A stretch of 64,000 nt of DNA from Negaprion brevirostris (taxonomy: Eukaryota). Below are positions 48,901-57,900 of the stretch, piece after piece (the stretch's first letter is position 1; every line of letters begins with the position of its first letter). The position numbers were made by a program, and so were the translations under genes. The notes under the pieces are model-generated. The model had not been told where the DNA came from, searched no databases, and saw only the letters and a program-made list of their open reading frames with translations. The stretch spans positions 105,321,686 to 105,385,685 of the forward strand of contig JARDVH010000073.1 of NCBI GenBank assembly GCA_030324005.1, read 5' to 3'.

Positions 48901-51900
48901 TTAAATGCCAGCCATCATCTTTGGGTAGGAGGGTAACAATCTGGGTTTGGGAAGTCCCATGTCTGATTTCTTTTGGGACAGTCATTCAAAACCATGTACT
49001 TGAAGGTGGCATTACTGGAATTCAGCAATGTATGGTGTATGTTCCTTTCCTTTCCTATTGACCTACCATGAGTCCCACTGTTGTGTATCGTAATATTGAG
49101 AGAATTACTAATGATTGATCATTGCCCTCAATTTCCACCCAGTGTTCTGGGAACTTGTGCCAGGGTATTTGCTTCAATCCTGAACAGGCTTGTTTTTCCT
49201 CCTCCTCCTTGTCACATGGGTCTTGTAGTACAGGCTATTATTGCTTTCATCAATTGCCTGAAGACACATGCTGTGGGAAGCAACACACAGTATAAGCATC
49301 AAAAGAGTTGCCCAGGACCCATGCCTGAAACAGTTGTTAGGCCCTTTGTGTATATAAAAATGACAGCTCTGCCTGTCTTGCAAAACTGGGGTTACAGTGG
49401 CCCTGTGCTATCACCGAAAAGATGAGGTTTAAAAAAATCTGCTTCTAAGCATGGAGTGGGAGGTGCAGCAGTGCTTCTCCTGGTGCCAATTAAAACCAAT
49501 TAATAATTTTAAATATGTACTATCATTAACAAAACAGGAGTTATATGAGATGCACTTGTAAAATGGAACACCTTGGGGAAGGTTGGTGCAGGATTTGCTT
49601 CCAAAAGATTGCCCAAATAGCTTATGCACCTACAATTAAGACTGCTACTCACTGCCCCTCCTTGTTCATCCCCTTCAGGTCCCAAGTTACCCCACCCTAC
49701 TTATTCTACTCAGTAGAAACATTTGCAAATTATTTTTTCTTTGCAATTCATGGGAATACCAGTCCTCGTATGGAAAAAAAAATGTTGCAAACTGGTTTTA
49801 TGTTTTTGAGACATCAGTTGCACTTTATAAGATAAAAGAAATTGGAACAGGAGTTGGACTTTTGCCCCTTGAGCCTGCTCCACCAATGAGCTAAGATCAT
49901 GGCTGTTCTGATTGCGGCCTTAACTCCAATTTCCTGCCTTCCCTGGTAATCCTCAAGTGCCTTGTGGATCAAAAATCTGTTTAATTCATTCTATAACCCA
50001 GCCCAGTTTAACTATTCAATAACCCAGTCTCCACTGCTGTCTCAGGAAGAGAATTCCAAAGATTAATAACCTCTGAGAAAAGGAAATCCTCCTCATCTCC
50101 TTCTTAAATGGAGGACCCCTTACTTTTAAACAGTGTCCCCAAGTTCTAGATTGCACCCTCCCATCCCAGAAAGGGCACATCCTCTCAGCATCTATCCTGT
50201 TGAGCCCTTTTGAAATCTTTTATGCTTAAATAAGATCATGTCTTATTGTTCTAAACTCCAGTAAGTATAGGTCCAACTTGCTCAAAAGTTTCCTCATAAG
50301 ACAAATCCCTTCATCCCATGATTCAGCCTAGTGAACCTTCTCTGAGTTGCCCCCAGTGCAGGTATATCCCTCCTTAAATAAGGAGACTAGAAATGTACAC
50401 TTACTTGTATAATCTATCCACCTTGCAATAAAGGCCAGTTTTAGAGTCATACAGTACAGAAGAGGCCCTTTGGCCCATCAAGTCTGCACTGACAAAATAA
50501 TACTAACTCTACACTGATTCCATTTTCCTGTACTTGGCCCACAGCTTTGAATGTTACACTATTTCAAGTGCTCATCCACGTACTTTTTTTGAAGGTTGTT
50601 GGGTTTCCTGCCTCTACTACTCTCCCAGATGTTGCATTCCAGACTCCTACCGTCCTCTAAGTTTAAAAAAAAGTTGCTCAAATCCCCTCTAATTCTCCTG
50701 CCCCTCATTATTGGTCCTTCAACTGAGGGGGAACAGCTGTTACCTATCGACCATGTCCATACCGCTCAGAATCTTACAGGCCTCAGTCAGGATCCTCCCT
50801 CAGCCTTCTCTGCTCTAAAGAAAACAATCAGAGCCTATCCAGTCTCTTCTTATAGCTCAAATGCTCCATCCCAGCAATATACTGGCATATCTACTCCAGT
50901 GCAATCACATCCTTTCTATAATGAGGCAGCCAGAACTTCCAACAGTACTCCAGCTGTGGCTTAACTAAAGTTTCGTACAGCTCCAACATAACTCCCTACT
51001 CTTATAATCTATGCTACGACTGATAAAGGCAGTGTCCCATATGCCTTCTTAACTACCCTATATTAACCTGTCGTGTCACCTTCAGGGATGTGTGGACAAG
51101 CACCCCAAGATCCCTCTGTTCCTCTGAGCTCCCTAGTGCCCTGCCATTCATTGAGTACTTCTTTAACTTGTTACTCCTTCCAAAGTGCATCATCTCTCAC
51201 TTTTCAGGGTTAAACTTCATCTGCCATGGGGATCTGCCCATCTGACCAACCTGTCTATATCTTCCTGCAGTCTACCACCTTCGTCCTTAGTATTAGCCAC
51301 CCTGTCAATCTTTGTGTCATCTGCAAACTTACTTATTATTCCCTCCTCACATTCTCATTGCGTTTATATATGTATATATATATATATCACAAATAATAGG
51401 GGACTTAGCACTGATCACTGTGGTACACCACTGGACACTGGACACTGACCTCCAGTTACACAAAGAGCCTTCTATCACCACCCTCTGTCTACCACTAAGC
51501 CAGTTTTGGATCCACCTTGCCAAGTTATCTTGGACCCCATGTGCTTTACCTTCTTTATCAGTCTCCCGTGTGGGACCTTGTCAGGAGTTTTACTGAAATC
51601 CATAAACTACATCAACTTAACGACCCTCATCTACACAACTCATCACCATCTTGAAAAATTCAAATTTGTTCAGCATGATTTCCCTCTGACATAGTCATAC
51701 TGACTAACTCTGATCAAACCTTGCCTGCCCAAGTGGGGATTAATTCTCTGCTTCAGAATTTTCTCCGATGATGTCCTGATTTCCTGAGATTCACTGGTCT
51801 GTACTTCCCTGGTTTATCTCTACCACCCTTTTTGAAAAGTGGAGTCATATTAACTGTCCTCTAATTCTCTGGCACCTCCCCTGTGTCCAGAAAAATATGT

Positions 51901-54900
51901 AAGTTTATGCCTGTATATTTATGCATTGTCTATTGGATCCAGTGTACTACAAACACATTCAATTTAAATAGTTTTAAGATATATGTTTTTGTTTTAGCCA
52001 TTAGAACTTGTATCCTTGCTGGGCAGCGAGAATGTTGCTGAACAAGTGAAATCCTTGTTAATGGAAAAGAAACAGCTGCAGAGTGAAACTCAGGGTTACT
52101 TACAGGAGATTCACCAAAAAGAACAACGGTTCCAACAGCTGAATAGCAAGGTAATTTAGGTTCATTTATGTACAATGCTTCAGATAACTATGAATTTAAA
52201 TCTAGTGCTAAATAGTTGTTTGTAGTGTTTATGGTTTGATTAGATCTTACAGGGCAGCATGGTGGCACAGTGGTTAGCACTGTTGCTTCACAGACCCAGA
52301 TTCGATATCTGCTTGGGTCACTGTCTGTATGGAGCTTGCACGTTCTCCCCGTATCTGCGTAGGTTTCCTCCGGTTGCTCCGATTTCCTCCCACATTCTGA
52401 AAGATGTGCTGGTTAGGTGCATTGACCCAAGCAGCCGCCGAACCGTGGTGACTAGGGGAATTTCACAGTAACTTCATTGCGGTGTGAGTGGAAGCCTTAC
52501 ACATGACTAATAAATAAACTTTTAACTTTACAATCATTCACTGTCTCACCAACACAGGTTATGCAGTGCATTGAAGAGAAAGCCACATTATCTAGCCAAC
52601 TAAAAGCAGTCTCTCAGACTCTGCGTGATACCCAGACACGTTATGGGGATCTCCAGGATCGTTACTACAGATTGGAAAGACAATACCAAGCTATACGCTC
52701 ATCATTGCAGAATGAGGATCAAGTAGGTGGAGTATAAAAAGTAGCTGGATAGATTCAGCAGGTCTGGCAGCATCTGTGGAGAGACGTAAAGAGTTAATGT
52801 TTCAAATCCATATGACTCTTGGGAGCTGAAGAGGGAGAATTGTATGGATTTTAAGTNNNNNNNNNNNNNNNNNNNNNNNNNNNNNNNNNNNNNNNNNNNN
52901 NNNNNNNNNNNNNNNNNNNNNNNNNNNNNNNNNNNNNNNNNNNNNNNNNNNNNNNNNNNNNNNNNNNNNNNNNNNNNNNNNNNNNNNNNNNNNNNNNNNN
53001 NNNNNNNNNNNNNNNNNNNNNNNNNNNNNNNNNNNNNNNNNNNNNNNNNNNNNNNNNNNNNNNNNNNNNGACGAAGGATTATCTAAACATTGGCTTTATT
53101 CTCTCTCCACAGATGTTGTCAGACCTGCTGAGATTTTCCAGCATTTCTATTTTCATTGCGGTCTCCTCTGCTGGGAGACTAAACGCAGACTGGGTGACCA
53201 CTTTGCAGAACACCTTTGCTCAGCCTGCAAGCATAACCCCAACTATTCTGTCGCTTGTGATTTTAACTCAGCATCTTGCTCTCCTGTCCACATGTCTATC
53301 CTTGGCCCATTGCGGTGTTCAAGTGAAGCTCAACGCAAACTGGAAGAACAACACCTCATCTTTCTGGTTAGGCATCTTACGTCCTTCTGGACTTAATATT
53401 GAGTTTACAGTCTGCTTTAGACGGTAAACTTGCTTTCCACGTTGACCCTTTTGTTTTACAATCCAAAATCATTTTTGTCCTAATGCTACTACCTTCCTCC
53501 CCTACAGGACCATCTGTGACTTGTTCTTTATTCTGCTTTCAGGTTCTGCTATCTTACCTTAATGTCACTATCAGCAACTCCTATAGTCCTTAACACTTTG
53601 TTTGTCTTGTGCCCAAAACATCTTCACAAAATCACTCCTACTCACATCTATTACCAACATTTTGTTTTTATTTTTCTCTATCCATTTTCTAACAGCATAA
53701 CATCAATCACCTTTCCTCTTCTCTTTAGCTCTGGACAAGAGTCTTATGGATATGAAATGCTAACTCCTTTCTGCACAGATGCACCTAGACCTGGTTTTCT
53801 CTTTCTATTTTAGACTTCCAGTATCTGCAGTATTTTGCCTTTATGAAAAGTAGCAGGTTGTCCTGTAGAATGTTCTCATTTGCAACCCTATTTAAAATAC
53901 AAAATACTGAAGGGAAGAAGGGATAAAGTAGATGCAGAAAGTAGAAAGATTAAAACTTAAGGATAGAAAGAATGAGAAAGAACAGAGATGATGAGGATAA
54001 TGTTGGACAACAATGTAAACTTTAAACAATTCTTATAGATATATTAAAACACCATAACTACATGTTCTTAAATATGTAAAATTGTGCACCGTTCAGTAAT
54101 GATGTGGAGATGCCGTTGTTAGATTGGGGTGAGCACAGTAATAAGTCTCACAACACCAGGCTAAAGTCCAACAGGTTTATTTGGAATCAGCAGCTTTCGG
54201 AGTGCTGCACCTTCATCAGGCGATGAAATTCTTTGTTCTTGTCTGTGAGTAGAGAGTTGGGTTCACAAACAGGGCATATATCGACAAGACTCAATTGCAA
54301 GATAATGGTTGGAATGCGAGTCTTTACAGATTATCAAGTCTTTACAGATATGAACAATGCGAGTGGAGAGAGGGATAGTCATAGGATAAAGAGGTGTGAA
54401 TTGTGTGTGTGGAACTTGGCTATCAAAGCCAAATTCCGCACACATAAGGACAGCCTCAACCGAGATCTTGGATTCATGTCGCACTACGCTCCTTTACCTG
54501 ATGAAGGAACAATGCTACAAAAGCTCATGATTCTAAATAAAGCCGTTGGACTTAAACCTGGTGTTGTGAGACTTCTTACTGAAATAGTGTTGAACCTGAA
54601 ACTGGTGAACGGCACAGTAGTTGATTAGTTAAATACATTAGGATTCAGTTGATGTTAAATGACAAACACTGTACTAACCTTTAATTCCTTCTCAATCCTA
54701 AATGTAAACTTAGATTTGCTGTGTACCGTCTACAATTCCTACCTAATTGATGGCCATAGAGGGTTTGACATTAAGGATGAGAATTTTAAAATTGAGGTGT
54801 TGCTGGATCTCGGAGCCACTGTGTTTCAGAAGTGATGGATGAACACAACTCGGTGTGAATAAGGATGTTTTAATAATTTTAATCTTCTTCTGTAGCCAGG

Positions 54901-57900
54901 TCACGGAACAGCAGCGATTAAGCTTTGGCAATCGCAATCATGTTTCCAGCCAATGGAGGATTTTTCTTTTGCCAATTGACCAGTTTTTCTTAGCCTGAAC
55001 TTTATAGGCAATCCAAGTGTTAATTAAAATTGGATTCTTATCTTTTTGCGGCTGTGCTATAGAATGAAGCTAATGAAGAAGTTCCTCCAGGAGCTCCCCA
55101 GGAGCGTGCCAGCGTGATAGTGGAAATTGACAACTTGGAGCTGATTGAACTACGGAGGAGGTGAGTGTTATTTGTTCTGCATTTTTACAGCACAGTTATT
55201 TCACCTACTCAGAGCCCAAGGAGGAATTTCATCAATGTATAAAAAATGTTTGTGTATATTTTAAATGAGTCTGGATTTGGTGAACTTTATGAAGTTCAGC
55301 AAAGAGAGTTTTCTGGAGATATCAATTACTTTTCAACAAATAATTAATCACATCAAAAGAAAAAAGTCTCTAGTGGTTAAAGAGAAGGGATGGACTATCA
55401 ATTATTAAATGAAAGAAGCTCGGTACTAGGACGAAGCTAGGGCAGCATGGTGGCACATTCGTCAGCACTGCTGCCTCACAGCGCCAGCGACCCGGTTTAA
55501 TTCCCGGCTTTGGTCACTGGCTGTGTAGAGTTTGCATATTCTCCTTGTGTCTGCGTGGGTTTCCTCCGGGTGCACCGGTTTTCTCCCACAGTCTGAAAGA
55601 CATGCTGGTTAGGTGCACTGGCCATGCTAAATTCTCCCTCAGTGTACCCGAACAGGCGCCAGAGGTGTGGCAGCTAAGGAATTTTCACAGTAACTTCATT
55701 GCAGTGTTAATGTAAGCCTACTTGGGGAGGACATGTAGATTCCGCACAGACAGTGACCCAAATCAGGAATCGAATCCAGGTCCTGGCACAGTGAGACAGC
55801 AGTGCTAATCACTATGCCACCTTTGTGCAGTGGATACCAATTCACTAATTTTCTTGTAGCTGGAACTTGATCTGATTCTGACTGGGGAGGATATGTTCCC
55901 ACAAAAGATAGGTACAACATAAAATTAGCAGGGCCAGAATGATCCTTCGACCTTGTTTTGACTATTTAAGGGAGTTGGGGAGGAATTTCCTGCAGTTTAC
56001 TTCCTCATGTTGACCCAGGCTGCTAACTTTTTTTTGCCTCTCCAAGGGGATCGCAAGGATGGGAAGAGGGAGAGTATGTATGTTAATACAGAGGCTGCCA
56101 TAATTGTATGGGATAGGTTGGATCTCTTCCTGTCTGGCAGTGTTTATATGGTAGTAAAGTCTTCAGTGAGGGAGGTTGTAAGTACAGGGACAATATGAGC
56201 TATTTAAAAGAGAGACCCGAATCAGAAATAATTGATGTGAGTACTGATACTGCGATTTCCCACTTCCAAAGAACTCTATTTGGGAAATTATGAACCAGCT
56301 CCATCTGAAGTTGGCAATTTTAATAATTGAAAATTTGGGCCAAAAATCCATGATTCTTCACACTGAGGGTGCTCATTCATGGAATCAATCCTCTGAAGAA
56401 ACAATGGAAATAGTGGAAACCATAGCTCAGAAAAGGGCAGACAAGCTTGTTGGACTGAATGGCCAACTCCTGTTTCACTGATCACTTGCCTCTGTCTTAG
56501 AAACCTTTAGTGTTATCTATTGTGAAGCATCCACAATGTTTGAAAGTTAGAAATTGGTAGCTCTTAATGAAATCTGCTGAATAACTTCAAATTTGCACAT
56601 ACCTAGAGAATGCAGAAATTCCCAAGTACTTCAGTGACTCTGATAAGGCGTCATGTAGTTGCAGAGATATGTTTCTCAGTGATTGATACATTTTATGCCA
56701 TTTAATATTCAGCACTTGAAAGCAAATTTCAAGAAATGTTTTCAGTATCAGTCTGGCTCTGTGGTATCTCAGTTAGTAGTACTTTGATTCCAACCCAGTT
56801 CCAAGACTTGAGCACACAATTTGATGTACATTTCTGTACGGTGTAATGCTCGAAGTGCTGGCCTTTGGATGAGACACGAAACTGAGGCACCATCTGCCTG
56901 TTCACATCAACATAAAAGACCCCATGTCACACTTCATAGAAAAGGATTACCCAGCCAAACTTTAACCAACAATGCCTGAAGAATGTGTATGTTAATTGAT
57001 CATTTCTCTTATGGCTGTTTGTGGAACCTCACTATTTGCAAATGGGCTGTCAAGTTTGCTGACAAAATAACAATGCTTGAACTGCAAAAATACACAGTTG
57101 GCTGTGAGGTACTTTGAGACACCATAAAAGGGTTAAAGTTGCTGTCCAAATGCAGGTATTTATCTGTTGCTTGTCAGTCACAGACTTTGTTGTTGCTCAT
57201 GACCTAGGCTTGCGGAATCGGATCAACGTAATGATTCTGCTCACCAGGAGCTGTCTCAGTTAGCGGAAATGCTCGCACATGAAGAGCTAAGAAGAAGTGC
57301 TGCTGAGGAAGCATTGATGGCAGCTGAAGAAATGCTTAAGCGGTCAGTGTTAAAACTCACCCTCTTTCATTTTGAATTGTCCTGGAGCATCGTGTAAGGA
57401 TATCGCTGCCCTGCCTGTCCCGGTTCAAATTACATTGTTTAAAGTAGTTGTTCTGATGCATTTGAAAATGAATGTGCATGTATGTATGGTCATCAATCAG
57501 CACGGTGTCATTACTGCATGGAAATGCTGAGCGATATCTTGGAATACACACTCTCTGTTTCAACTGAGCAGAGTTATCTTTCAGTATTTGAGTTTTTGCC
57601 CTGTGGTCAAAGACCTCTGAGTTTGTGTGCAGAAAAATAGAATAATCAAACTGCCTAGAAAGAAGCCCATCGTGTCCTCATGCCTGTCGCAGCGCTTTGA
57701 AAGAGCTATCCAATTAGTTTCACTCTCCTGCTGTTTCCTCGTAGTCCAGTGAACTTTTCCTTTATAAGTAGTGATCCAACTCCCCATTGAATGTTACTAT
57801 TGAATCTGCTTCCACTACCCTTTCGGCCAATGTATTCAAAGTCATTATGTGCTAAGTAAAATAAATTTCTCTTTCTCTCTTCCTTTTTTTTCACCAATTA

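Noticed and set aside
52252-52330. tRNA-like sequences at SINE heads as tRNA genes
   Set aside because: Each continues into the V-SINE body and lacks a complete cloverleaf.
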